Notes: generated from the sequence alone by a model not told the origin. Positions 1 to 13,438 are shown, counted from the first letter of the whole stretch. The stretch: DNA of 62,992 nt, filler included, from Octopus bimaculoides (GCF_001194135.2; 5 parts of 5 records of this genome joined end to end with filler, not necessarily neighbours in it); one strand, 5' to 3'. Program-made: numbers and translations.

Positions 1-378
1 GTGCGGGTGGCACATAAAATACACCATTTTGAGCGTGGCCATTGCCAGTACTGCCTGACTGGCCTTCGTAGGATTTTCGAGCGAGATCGTAGCCAGTGCC
101 CCTAGACTGGCTCTTGTGCGGGTAGCACATAAAATACATCATTTTGAGCATGGCCGTTGCCAGTACCGCCTGACTGGCCTTCATGCGGGTGACACGTAAA
201 AGCACCCACTACACTCTCTGAGTGGTTGGCGTTAGGAAGGGCATCCAGCTGTAGAAACACTGCCAAAATCAGATTGGAGCCTGGTGTTGCTATCTGGTTT
301 CACCAGTCCTCAATCAAATCGTCCAACCCATGCTAGCATGGAAAGCAGACGTTAAACAATGATGATGATGATGATGAT
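1..378 (+). mobile_element. 3' tail of an RTE-associated retroposon (LINE 3'UTR/SINE tail) with an internal ~115 bp tandem duplication, ending in (GAT)n
   Basis: GTGCGGGT(G/A)GCACATAAAATACA block repeated at 1 and ~115; then TTAGGAAGGGCATCCAGC...CCCATGCTAGCATGGAAAGCAGACGTTAAA(GAT)n. The same tail recurs at ~8390-8525, 15640-15780, 17630-17830(-), 44990-45130. Confidence 0.7.
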
Positions 379-1031
379 ACATATATACATACATATACAC
401 AAATGCATGCTCATACGCATACACATTCACAAATACATCCACATGCAAAACATGTGCATAATAGTTTGATGAGCTTGGGTTGAAAGTTGTCTATAGCCTT
501 CAATACATATCAATCAATATAGAATAGATACACATGCTTACTTGGATGCATACACAAACACAAGTACACATAGAAATGCATTCACACACACATACACAAA
601 CACAAGCATACATACAAATACATACACTTAAACACATGCAATACATACAAAATACACACAACATACAAACAGACAATACAGTTACTCAGTCAAAAGTTGT
701 TATATATCAGCAATAAATGTTGCTGGAGTTCTGGATTACAAGATATTTAAAGCCCAGTGACCTGCAAAACATCAACGAGTGTTTATATTCAGTGTTCCTT
801 TCAATGTTGTATGCAGACGTTCTTGGAGAGAGAAAGAGAGAGAGACAAAAAAAAAAAAGAAGAAACAGTCCCTTGGAATTGCAGAATTATTCAGCTGTTT
901 GTAATCTACAGCATATAATATAAACACAGTCATGCATGAATGCCACTGCCTAATGCACAGAAGTACACATATGCCCATGCATGTTTTTTCATATGCATCC
1001 ATGTGTGCATGCCTATCTGCTGTTTGTCCCT

Positions 1032-1068
<37 letters not shown>

Positions 1069-1106
1069 CATATAAATAAATACAAATATGTATATGCATA
1101 TGCATA

Positions 1107-1164
<58 letters not shown>

Positions 1165-1472
1165 CATACATATTTGCACACACATACATTATATTGTGTA
1201 ATATGTGCATAAATATGTATGTATATATGTGTGAACACACACATATCTGTATGTAGATGGAGAGTAAGAAAGAGAGAGCTGGTCATTTACATACACTGAT
1301 GTATGCCTGCATAACCATATTGTGTATGTGTATGTGTGCATGTGTATATACATATATATATTATATATTAAATATATATATATATCTGTAATATATAAAC
1401 ATACATATATATATGTATATAAATATACATATGTAGTTAATCATTTTTATGTGTGCAAGTACACACACACAC

Positions 1473-1531
1473 ATGACCACCACCACCACCAACACCACCA
1501 ACACCATCATCATCATCATCATCACCATCAT

Positions 1532-1582
<51 letters not shown>

Positions 1583-1585
1583 TAT
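1473..1585. repeat. Compound (CAC)n/(CAT)n microsatellite
   Basis: Directly visible; explains the poly-His/poly-Met ORFs at 1322 and 1361. Confidence 0.95.
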
Positions 1586-2044
1586 TTAATGTCTATGTTC
1601 CATGCTAGCATGGGTTAGACATTTGACAGGATCTAATGAGCCCAAAGACTGCACTGTACTTCATTGTCTGTACTGGGTTCGTATATACAACAGGATGCCC
1701 CTTTATAAAGCTGAGCACTTTACATCATCATGCACTGAGTGCCTTTTTTCATAGTACCAACACTTGTGAGGTCACCAGGCAACTTGCAGCATGATGAATC
1801 CTGAGGGGTGAGGAGCAACTTTATGCTGGGATAATGAAGAATAGATAAGGGTAAAGTATTGGAGAAAAACAAGGGTAGCACTGGAGAGGTTCCTTGCTGT
1901 AAAGTAGTTGCATGGCTACTCATATTTTTAAAGACAAGATGGGGATGATTGGCTGGAGCCAGAAAGTATAAAAGAAAATAATGATAATAATGGTGAAGAA
2001 TATCAGGGTGGACGCTCAAGATATGATGTAGGTAGAAATGAGCT

Positions 2045-2760
2045 GGGTAGAGGTCTAGGATTGAGTGGGGTAGAGGTCAAGGATTGAGTGGGGTAGAGAT
2101 TAAGGATTGAGTTGGGTAGAGGTCAATGATTGAGTGGAGTAGAGGTCAAGGATTGAGTGGGGTGGAGGTCAAGGATTAAGTGGGGTAGAGATTAAGGATT
2201 GAGTGGGGTAGAGGTCAAGGATTGAGTGAGGTAGAGGTCAAAGATTGGGTGGAGTAGAGGTCAAGGATTGAGTGGGATAGAGGTCAAGGATTGAGTGGGA
2301 TAGAGGTCAAGGATTGAGTGGGGTAGATATTAAGGATTGAGTGGGGTACAGGTCAAGGATTGAGTGAGTAGAGGTCAAGGATTGAGTGGGGTAGAAGTCA
2401 AGAATTGAGTGGAGTAGAGGTCAAGGATTGAGTGGGGTAGAGGTCAATGATTGAGTGGGGAGAGGTCAAGGATTGAGTGGGGTAGAGGTCTAGGATTGAG
2501 TGGGGTGGAGGTCAAGGATTGAGTGGAGTAGAGTTCAATGATTGAGTGGAGTAGAGATCAAGGATTGAGTGGGGTAGAGGTCAAGGATTGAGTGGGGTAG
2601 AAGTCTAGGATTGAGTGGGGTAGAAATCAAGGATTGAGTGGAGTAGAGGTCAAGGATTGAGTGGGGTAGAGGTCTAGGATTGAGTGGGGTAGAGGTCAAG
2701 GATTGAGTGGGGTAGAGGTCAAGGATTGAGTGGGGTAGAGGTCAAGGATTGAGTAGGGTA
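2045..2760. repeat. 23-bp G-rich minisatellite, ~31 copies, unit GGATTGAGTGGGGTAGAGGTCAA
   Basis: Directly visible tandem array with single-base variants. Confidence 0.95.
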
Positions 2761-2761
2761 A

Positions 2762-3012
2762 AGTTTCCTTCTCAACTCATGCCAACTCACATGGGCCTGT
2801 TTCCCCAGTTTCTGTGGTGAATAAATTTTCTACCTGGACAGGATGCTGGTCTGTCACAGGATTATTCATTTTTGCTAGCAGAGTGGACTGGAGCAATGTG
2901 AAATGAAGTGTTTTGCTCAAGAACACAATGTATTGCTCAGTCCAGTAATTGAAACCACAATCCTACGATCATGAGTCCAACACCCTAACCACTAAGTTAT
3001 GTTCCTCCACAG
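2762..3012 (-). mobile_element. tRNA-derived SINE with CORE-like central segment
   Basis: Minus strand reads GTGGAGGAACATAACTTAGTGGTTAGGGTGTTGGACTCATGATCGTAGGATTGTGGTTTCAATT (degenerate tRNA A/B boxes), then TTCTTGAGCAAAACACTTCATTTCAC. Confidence 0.65.
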
Positions 3013-3416
3013 GAGTGAGTGGGGGAGTAGGAAAAGTCTGATAGTCTGGAGCAGCAGTGTAAAAATGATGATATGGTAAACAGGAGGAGAACCAAAGTGA
3101 AATGACATGCTGCTGTGTTGATTGCAGGTGTGGATGTGGAAGAGGGAGGTAGGTGCAGTGTATGTCAGGTGGGTGTGACGTATGGTGGTGGTGGGGGGAG
3201 GGGAAGGAAAGAGACAATTTGATGACACAGTTGGGGTAGGAGATCAATGAGAGTGAAGGTAGTGAGAACCGTATTAATGGATGAAGGATGGATAACAAGT
3301 GAAGTGGTTCTGGGTAGTGAGGACTGAAATATCAAGGCAGAACTGCAGGATGGAAGTGATGGCTGGTTATGATAGGTGTCTTGAGGTGGAAGGAAATTTG
3401 GCAAAGGGCATAGTTG

Positions 3417-3457
<41 letters not shown>

Positions 3458-3466
3458 GTATATGTA

Positions 3467-3519
3467 GTCTCTACTGATGAGTTTTTATTTTTCAAATGAA
3501 ACTAGACTAGTATAGTGAT
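3467..3519 (+). ncRNA. Minimal type I hammerhead ribozyme motif (Penelope/retrozyme-like)
   Basis: Stem I GTCTCTA(3467-73)/TAGTGAT(3513-19); CTGATGA 3474-80; stem II GTTT...AAAT; GAAA 3498-3501; near-palindromic stem III CTAGACTAG; GUA cleavage triplet 3510-12. Confidence 0.65.
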
Positions 3520-3698
3520 CTCACTCAATATCGGGTGGTTATCTCCCCTGTCAGTATATGAAAATGTGCTTTCTTATTGCTCTAAGGGTTCTTAACTATT
3601 ATTTCTAGCAGCATAGGTGCTACCTAGTATCCTCAGTCACAATTAGTGGCAGTTAAATTTTTACTTATTGGTTTTATTTTGCATATAGCCATCTTTGT

Positions 3699-3750
<52 letters not shown>

Positions 3751-5478
3751 CACTACTAGGTATATCTCCTCAAGCACACAATCACATACCATACATATAT
3801 ATACACATGTGCACACACACATTCACACTCACACACACACACACATACACACAGATATAGAAGTATGTGTATATACTACAGAATAAAACTGAATTTTGTG
3901 CCTCATAGACCATAGAACTGCACCTGGAAAGTTCCTGTTGATCAAAGTTTTTTCTTTTATTTTGATAATGGAACATCAGAAGTTGTCCATGAATGTGTAT
4001 TTAACGTCATTTCACGAAACCATTTTGTCTGATTATTCTATGAATTCCATCAATCTATCACTCTAAACTGGTACTTCTATATATAGTACCGATATATGTA
4101 CATTGTGAGGGAAAGACACTATTGAGAATCTGGATGGCCATCCTGGGAATATTAGTTTGAATGTTACAGGAGAAGGTAGAGCCAAACCATTGTTTCCTCT
4201 CAATGCTGGAACATTTATCCCTCTCAGGTTGTGATGCATCCTTGGTTCATTCAGAGCTTGGCTAATAGCAATAAATTGACCCCGAAAAGATGAAAGGAAA
4301 AGATTAATCTCAAAGATGACCTGAAAATAAATTAGTAGATGTAGAGTAAAGTAAAGCTGCATTGGGGAATTGAATGTGTGTTGAGCTTGCATCCCATATT
4401 GTGTTGTTTGCCATGTATGTTATATATTGAATTCTTTCTTATTTATATACGTACTCACTCACTCTCTCACTCACTCATCTGATATTTCATTCACTTAATT
4501 ATCATCATTCACATCAAATTTGATGACATACTTTCAAGAAAAATTAAGGATTAGTGTTGGACGTGTAGAAGTTTTTTTTGTTTTCTTATTGGTTGTGATC
4601 TTCTTATATATAATAATATTGATGTAAGTTATGTTGTGTCTAATGTGAACAGAAAAGAAAGGAAAGAAGAGAAAAGATAAATATAAATGGTAAAACAAAC
4701 ATTAAAAAAAAATTAATAGAAATAAAAACAGTCAAAATATATGAAAAACAAAAGCACTCATAGAAATGAAAATGAATTCTTTGTTTTTGTATGTGTGTGT
4801 ATGTTATGTTAGTCGTTGTCTGGGTATGTTTGCAATGACTACAACTGCGTTAGCAATGTGTGTTTGTAATAGTGAATGTAAACCTGTGTGTGCATATCTG
4901 ATATTCTATATGAAAAGCTTTGCTATCATGTGTGTGTGTGTATGTGTGTGTGTTAGTATGAAAGAAAAGAGAGACAAATGAGAGAAGAGACATGTAAGAG
5001 AGTGTGAAGGGGGTGAAAAGAGCCAGTGCGGAAATAAAAGAGAAAGAGAGAGGTTTTGGTAGCAGCATGGAACTAGATTGTAAGATAAATAGGTAGTTAG
5101 AAGAACAGACATACAGATGAATAGACAGGCCAGAAAAGCTATTGGAATAATGATGAATAACGATCTAACCCAGCCCTTCATTGAAAAAGAAAAAGAATTA
5201 AAGCTTCTCTTCAGAGTTTCAGATTTTTTTTTTTTTTAACCAATAAATATGTAGAGGTCTTATTTTCTTTTGTTCCTTCTTTTGACATTTTTAGCGCACG
5301 TGTGCACACACACACAGAGTCTATGTATAATGTGTGTACACATGTATATATATNNNNNNNNNNNNNNNNNNNNNNNNNNNNNNNNNNNNNNNNNNNNNNN
5401 NNNNNNNNNNNNNNNNNNNNNNNNNNNNNNNNNNNNNNNNNNNNNNNNNNNNNNNNNNNNNNNNNNNNNNNNNNNNNA

Positions 5479-5577
<99 letters not shown>

Positions 5578-5854
5578 TCATTTATCATACACACACACAG
5601 ATACATTTATATATATGTATATGTGTGTGTGTATACGTTTATGCATACACACGAGCACACATACAGATGTGTGTGAGCATGCATGTGAATTTGTATGCAT
5701 ATATATACATATTTGAGTGTGTGTAAGTGTATATATATATATACACACACACATTTATATGAAAGGCTGTAAGTGTGTATATGAATGCATATATTTATAT
5801 GCACACACATGCATATATGCTCACATATACATATATATATACACACACACATGC

Positions 5855-5888
<34 letters not shown>

Positions 5889-6603
5889 ATATAGATATAT
5901 ATATGTATATATTTAGAGATATATATGTGTATGTGTGTATAGTTAGATAGATAAATAGATAGATAGATAAATAGATGTGTATATAAATCAACAAATATGG
6001 ATGGATAAATATAGATATAAGAACAGACACAATTCAATGCAGGTCAACAGAGTTCGAAATGATGATTGAGTGGCGAAGCTTGGTTGTATGGTTAAAATAT
6101 TGTGAACTTGCATGTATGAATGTATTTTGTCTGGAGTGGCGAAAAGAAGCAAAACTACTGATGTTAGATAGATTGTTGGAGCAGAAAAGAGAGAATAAGA
6201 GAGAGAGAGGTGGGGGAAAACAGAGAATGATAGAAGTATTGAGAATAAGAAGAAGAGAAAGAGAGGTAGTGGTCGGTAAAAGGTAAATTATGTGCTTACA
6301 TCTCTTGTATGCAGCTGAAAAGCTTAGAAATATTAATGTAATTGCATGGCAGAAAGATGGTTCTATCTACAGTGTCATTATTTTACCTTACGATAAGGAA
6401 CAAGAGGGAAAAGTTGGGAGAAAAAAAGAAAAACAAATTTCTAAAACTCAGACACCTATTCTATACATATATACATATATATGTGTGTGTGTGTGTGTTT
6501 ACGAATACATGATTGTATATATTTGTGGATCTATGCATGCATGTGTGTGTATATGTATATGTGTGTGTGTGTGTATATGTATATGTGTGTGTGTATATGT
6601 ATA

Positions 6604-6645
<42 letters not shown>

Positions 6646-7245
6646 NNNNNNNNNNNNNNNNNNNNNNNNNNNNNNNNNNNNNNNNNNNNNNNNNNNNNNN
6701 NNNNNNNNNNNNNNNNNNNNNNNNNNNNNNNNNNNNNNNNNNNNNNNNNNNNNNNNNNNNNNNNNNNNNNNNNNNNNNNNNNNNNNNNNNNNNNNNNNNN
6801 NNNNNNNNNNNNNNNNNNNNNNNNNNNNNNNNNNNNNNNNNNNNNNNNNNNNNNNNNNNNNNNNNNNNNNNNNNNNNNNNNNNNNNNNNNNNNNNNNNNN
6901 NNNNNNNNNNNNNNNNNNNNNNNNNNNNNNNNNNNNNNNNNNNNNNNNNNNNNNNNNNNNNNNNNNNNNNNNNNNNNNNNNNNNNNNNNNNNNNNNNNNN
7001 NNNNNNNNNNNNNNNNNNNNNNNNNNNNNNNNNNNNNNNNNNNNNNNNNNNNNNNNNNNNNNNNNNNNNNNNNNNNNNNNNNNNNNNNNNNNNNNNNNNN
7101 NNNNNNNNNNNNNNNNNNNNNNNNNNNNNNNNNNNNNNNNNNNNNNNNNNNNNNNNNNNNNNNNNNNNNNNNNNNNNNNNNNNNNNNNNNNNNNNNNNNN
7201 NNNNNNNTATATATACATATAAATTATTGAAATTTATATTTTATG

Positions 7246-7301
<56 letters not shown>

Positions 7302-7584
7302 ATATAAATTTCAACACTCTCCCACTTACACACACATGCACACATGCACACACATACATAAATGTGGCTAGATATGTATGTGTGTACATATTTTCATATA
7401 TTTCAACATAAAGCATAGAACTTAAAGTAATGAAATTCAGATTAATACCATCTGCTCTCTAAGATGTTATCAATACTGGATGATTCCTAGTGTTGTTCTG
7501 TTGATGCCTATTTCATTTTTGTTTTTGTTTTTTTTCTTCTTATTTATTCATTTATTTTTATTTTTAATTTTATTTGTCTTCTAG

Positions 7585-7730
7585 GAAAATCAAATGACAC
7601 ACCTTCTTTATCTGCCACCTCTCCACTGCTACTTTGCGGAAAATGCAGTCTTTTACAGTTGTATCAGGCTGTGGAGAGTGACAAGGGTTATTACAATGAT
7701 TTAAAAGTTTCTCTTGCAAGAACTACGTAA
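7585..7730 (+). CDS. Possible exon of an unidentified gene (KSNDTPSLSATSPLLLCGKCSLLQLYQAVESDKGYYNDLKVSLARTT*)
   Basis: Strong polypyrimidine tract + CTAG acceptor and non-repetitive sequence; no homology recognised. Confidence 0.2.
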
Positions 7731-7782
7731 CCTTTAGCTGTAAAACACCACGCTGAAATATCTTTTTTTTTTTTATTATGGC

Positions 7783-7830
<48 letters not shown>

Positions 7831-8984
7831 TGTATTTGTTTGTTATTACATATATAGATAAGTTTGGTCACCTGCTCTCTCTCTCTCTCTTTTGTATCTC
7901 ACCATCTACATGAAATTTCTTAACTTGAGGGCAGATAGATGACTCCACAGGATGCCACCTACATGTTAACTAATATGGAGGTCAATGCTTCGTTACTTAT
8001 CTCTGCCACTAAATCCATTCAGCTCTCTAAGTTAAGAAGGTATCATGTTTGCTGAAATCTTGCAACTTTTAATATTGTCTGCATTGTAGAATGAATGAGT
8101 AGTTTGCTGGCAAGCATATTTCCTCCATTGTTTGAAGATATCTATCATAAACCAGTGCCTTACATGTAAGCTGTTTATCTCTTTCGTATTTTTAAACGTT
8201 ATGAAACTCAGATGTAGGAACCAACCAAAATATAAACTCCTTGTCATTTGGAAAATGACAAGGAGTTTATATGCTGGTGGCATGTAAAATGCACATGTGC
8301 CGGTGCCATATGATAGCGCTTGTTCCAGCACCATGAAAAAAGCACCCACCTTGGTGCTGCGTAAAAACCACTCAGCACACTCTGTAAAGTGATTGGCATT
8401 AGGAAGGGCATCCAACCATAGAAACCAGGCCAAATCAGACTGGAACCTGGTACAGCTCTTCTGCTTGCCAGCTCTGGTCAAACTGTCCAACCTATGCCTG
8501 CATGGAAAATAGACGTTAAATAATAATAAAAATAAAAATAATAATAATAATGATAATAATAATAATAATAACAATAATAACAATAATAATAATAAAAATA
8601 ATAATTTATTCTTTTATTGGCTACGAGGGCTAGTATAAATAAACATAAAAGACATGAAACAACATAAAAGGCAGCACAAGACAAAACAAAGGGTTATACT
8701 GCATATAAACAATAAAAACAATCAAAATTAAACAATATAAAACTCCCAAAAGGGGAGGTACTTTAAAGGTACTCGTGGAAAAACCCACAAAAGCTTTGGG
8801 TACCTGACCAACAGAGCAAGAGCCCATCATTTATTTCTTCACAGGTGTATAACTCAGAACTGGTCCTTTCACATTGACCATTCTTCCGACATTCACCCAC
8901 CTTTCGATGAACTTGCTAGAAGGCAACGCTTCCCTCTCCACCCTCACTTTCCTTTTCAATTGAAACTTGAAATAATAATAATGC

Positions 8985-9183
<199 letters not shown>

Positions 9184-10297
9184 TGTCATTTCTTGTCATT
9201 GAAGATGTTTTTCCTCCTGAAATAAGTCTTGAAAAGGTACCATGCTTCCTACAGAGGAAAAATAACATTTCATTTGCCAATTTTCTCCACAGAACATGGT
9301 TATCTATGCTTAATTTACCATGTCTCTGTACTATAAAACTAAAAGCTAAAAATCCTACAGGATCTACATGTTACAAAGCCACTAACAAAATATCTTAGCA
9401 TGTGGAAGAACTGTTATTTAGTTTTTAAGTTTATCTGGTTCTCAGAATTTTGGGGTCAAAGTTGTCATGTATCTTTGATGTTAGAACTTTTTTTAATGTA
9501 AAAATGTTAATGATTTACCTTCAGTTTATTAATACTCACTAAAAGCCACAACTTGATAAAATGATAACTTACCAGCTTAAAAATAGATTGTTCTATGTTC
9601 ATGTATTATTTCACTTATTGGTATGGCACACATTAAGGATGAATATTGGTAGTACTTATAATGAATATCCTTTAGCTCCTTGTAGCACAGATTCCAAATT
9701 GTTCCTCACAAAATTGCTAGTCACTGTTAGCAAGGTCTAGCAGCAACACAAAAAAAAAAAACCTAACAAAAGACAAAAAAAAAAATACAAACTTACTATC
9801 TTTATCTTAATTTCTGTCAGGGTATGATATTGTTTTATCCTCATTAATGTTGTATAGATCAACATTTATAGATACACTTCTATTGGCAATTATTGTTGTT
9901 ACTGTAAANNNNNNNNNNNNNNNNNNNNNNNNNNNNNNNNNNNNNNNNNNNNNNNNNNNNNNNNNNNNNNNNNNNNNNNNNNNNNNNNNNNNNNNNNNNN
10001 NNNNNNNNNNNNNNNNNNNNNNNNNNNNNNNNNNNNNNNNNNNNNNNNNNNNNNNNNNNNNNNNNNNNNNNNNNNNNNNNNNNNNNNNNNNNNNNNNNNN
10101 NNNNNNNNNNNNNNNNNNNNNNNNNNNNNNNNNNNNNNNNNNNNNNNNNNNNNNNNNNNNNNNNNNNNNNNNNNNNNNNNNNNNNNNNNNNNNNNNNNNN
10201 NNNNNNNNNNNNNNNNNNNNNNNNNNNNNNNNNNNNNNNNNNNNNNNNNNNNNNNNNNNNNNNNNNNNNNNNNNNNNNNNNNNNNNNNNNTATACAT

Positions 10298-10351
10298 ACC
10301 AGGCTCCCATTGGTTTGATGTCTCTTAACATGAAACCAATGGTAGCCTGGT
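10298..10351. other. Hairpin: 24-bp stem (22 Watson-Crick pairs), 6-nt loop
   Basis: ACCAGGCTCCCATTGGTTTGATGT-CTCTTA-ACATGAAACCAATGGTAGCCTGGT. Confidence 0.8.
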
Positions 10352-10424
10352 TAACTCACAAATATAAAATAGTTATCCACCAGTGCAATGCTGAGCAGTT
10401 ACTCTCACTGTTCAGTATTAACAG

Positions 10425-10572
10425 GCTGTATAGTAAGAAGCTTGCTTCCCAACCACATGGTTCTGAGTTCAGTCCCACTGTATGGCACCGTGGGCAAGTG
10501 TCTTCTACTTTAACCTTGGGCCAACCAAAGCCTTCTGAGTGGATTTGGTAGACAGAAACGGAAAGAAGCCCA

Positions 10573-10604
<32 letters not shown>

Positions 10605-10770
10605 CTTTGTGCCTATGTTTGTCGCTGCTTGACAACTGGTGTTGGTGTGTAGAATAAGTACTAGGCTTAAGATATTAGCCCCAGGGTCAATTTGTTTGAC
10701 TAAAATATCTTCAAGGTGATGTTCTAGCATGCGCACAGTCAAATGACTGAAACAAGTACAAGTATAAAAA
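10425..10770 (+). mobile_element. tRNA-derived CORE-like SINE with internal (TA)/(TG) tract (family B)
   Basis: GCTTGCTTCCCAACCACATGGTTCTGAGTTCAGTCCCACTG...GGGCAAGTGTCTTCTACT...GAAAGAAGCCC...CAGTCAAATGACTGAAACAAGTA; many other copies (11115, 33803, 40130, 40408, 43663). Confidence 0.8.
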
Positions 10771-11003
10771 TTATATGCAGGCATCACTGTGTGATTAAGA
10801 AGTTTACTTTATAACCATATTTAAAATTCAGTTCAACTGCATGGTACTTTGAGCAATTGTCCTCAGAAATAATCTTGAACTGACCGCTGCTGTGTGAATG
10901 GAATTTGGTTTGGTAAATAGAAACTGTATGGAATCCTACCATATGTGATGTGGTGTGATGTGTGTATTTGTGAATAATTACAACAAAAATTAGCTAAAAG
11001 GAA

Positions 11004-11090
<87 letters not shown>

Positions 11091-11367
11091 ATACACACAC
11101 TTACAAGTTTAAATGTGTGTTAAGAAGTTTGCTTCCCAACCATATGGTCCTTGGCTCAGTCCCACTGTGTGGCACCTTGGGCAAGTGTCTTGCCTTCTGC
11201 TACAGTCCCAGGCTGACCAAAGGTGCATGAATGGATTTTGGAGATGAAACTGAAAGAAATCCATTGTATAGATATATATGTGTGAGTGTGTGTCTGTGTG
11301 TATGTATATATATATATAAAGTCAGTAAATGGTGGGGTTGTGTTAACCGCATGTGGAGAAATAATAG

Positions 11368-11869
11368 GAAAATGAAAAATAATAATAAGGCAGAATGCTA
11401 AACTGAAAGCATATTTTGATATAGATGTGTAAAAACTCATATCCTGTTGACAAAGAGTCCAAAACTCCAACTAAAGAATATAAAACCCACAGAATTGTCT
11501 TCCCTTACACACACTTCCTGTTTTGACACCACACTTCCTGCGTAACACATAAACTTTCAGCCCCCTTTCTTTTTGTAACAAAACACAACTAACTCTCAAT
11601 TTCATGCATCCTAATCTTTCCAACTATTATCTACATGGATTACCATTGAACTTTAAAAGCTCAAAGACAATATAATGTATTGGTATATTTATTTTTTTAT
11701 ATATTATTTTTTTATATATTATTTTTTACTTTTTTGTAAAAGATATTTTCACTCTCCCTCTTCTTGAAAATTTGCCATCCAATGAAAGCCGGTTAGAAAT
11801 CCTTTTTACACATCTATATTAAAATATGCTTTCAGTTTAGCATTCTGCCTTATGATTATTATTTTTCAT

Positions 11870-11873
<4 letters not shown>
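11368..11873. mobile_element. Foldback/MITE-like element with ~70 bp terminal inverted repeats
   Basis: 11368-11435 (GAAAATGAAAAATAATAATAAGGCAGAATGCTAAACTGAAAGCATATTTTGATATAGATGTGTAAAAA) is the near-perfect reverse complement of 11803-11873. Confidence 0.7.
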
Positions 11874-11912
<39 letters not shown>

Positions 11913-13393
11913 ACACTATGTTACAAGAAATATAGATGAGATATCTATACAATATATTCATATCCATAGATATATTTTATGGAAGGTGGTGCCTCAGCAT
12001 AGCCACAGTTCAGTGACTGAAACAAATAGAAGATAAATGACAAGAAATATATAATTTACATTCATTGCAACTCACAGTGTTAGTTAATAAATCTATATAT
12101 ATGCTCTATAGCACATTATAACAATGAAACTATGTACCACTAACGCACCAGTAATATAAGTGTGTGTATGTGTATATGTGTGTATGTACTTACAAACATA
12201 CCTGTTTACTTAGAGGACCAGACGCATTCAATATCAAAGACAAGACATAAAACATTGACCTCTATGTGCTCAAGCAGCTGGTATTCTGTTGACTCAGCCA
12301 TTCACCCTCAAGTTTTGCATACAGCCTTTAGTCATGAGAAATTTAATGTAATAATAGCCAAAGGCATATTACCTCTAATTTACCATCAATTCTGTTTTGT
12401 CATTGAAGCATCTACTGTTGTCTGCAGTGGAGAAGAATAATTGCATCATTTAGTGAGAATATCTGTTGATTTCATAGGAGACACTGCAAATGGTTTGCAA
12501 CCAAGCATCAAAAGTCAATTTATTGTTCATAAGCCAAAGAGGGAATCTCCATGTGATCATTGTGTATGCTAGAAATAGTAACCATATAGTTCTCAAACTA
12601 CACTGCTGTTGTCTTGAAAAGGAAGGGACACATTGAACAATGTATTTCAAGATATGCAATACTTGCGAAAATGAAAAAGACAGTCATGACCACAATTATA
12701 TTTGATTATAGGCTTGCTCAGTCAAAGCTGGCTGTGAGATGCACAACAACAAGGGCAATTTTATTGTTGTTATTTAACCCAAGGTAAGCTTTGATTGAGC
12801 ATTTCTTTGCTTAAATGCATTCTGGTTGTTTCTATTCTGTCCTTTCAAAAGATATGTAAGCCTGCATTATCTGTGGTCTTTCCATATTTAAGTGTAGAGT
12901 ATGATTTGAGGAAGATATAACTACTATCCTTAGCAAATCAAGTGAATGAGTAGAGGTTCCTTCTCCACTTCACTTAATGAATACTCGCCTGTCTGCCAAA
13001 GAATACCTTTATCATTAGTTGCGCATGAGCTGGTTGCTCTGCTGCAAGAGGACAGATTTTGTTTGCACCGATATTGGTTTTCAGTCAATATTTGTTTTCT
13101 GTCAATGGATTTTAGTTGTAAAATAGCAGCAGAATAAATGTTTAAGGCATCTGGCACTTTATTCAATATTTCTGCGCATCTTGATTGTATCTCTCTCTCT
13201 CTTTCTCTCTCACTCTCTTTTTCACTCTCTCTCACTCTCTCTCACTCTCTCTTTCTCTCTTTTCTCTCTGTCTATTTATCTTTTCTTTTTATCTATCTAC
13301 TTATGTCTATCTTTCTATCTATCTATCTCTCTCTCTCTTGCTTTCTTTCTTTCTTTTCTTCCTTCCATTCTTTCTTTCTGTCTACACACACAT

Positions 13394-13438
<45 letters not shown>

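Noticed and set aside
3013-3400. Penelope-like ORF remnant on the minus strand
   Set aside because: Only a vague resemblance in low-complexity pyrimidine-rich sequence; no RT or GIY-YIG motif could be identified.
3585-3645. Second hammerhead on the minus strand of the 3.5 kb unit (CTGAGGA...GAAA)
   Set aside because: Stems I and III do not pair.
534-7416. Many ORFs rich in YI/HT/CV dipeptides or X
   Set aside because: Translations of (TA)n, (CA)n and (TG)n microsatellites and N gaps; not genes. The same applies to similar ORFs at 36.6-38.7, 47.0-47.8 and 51.6-52.6 kb.
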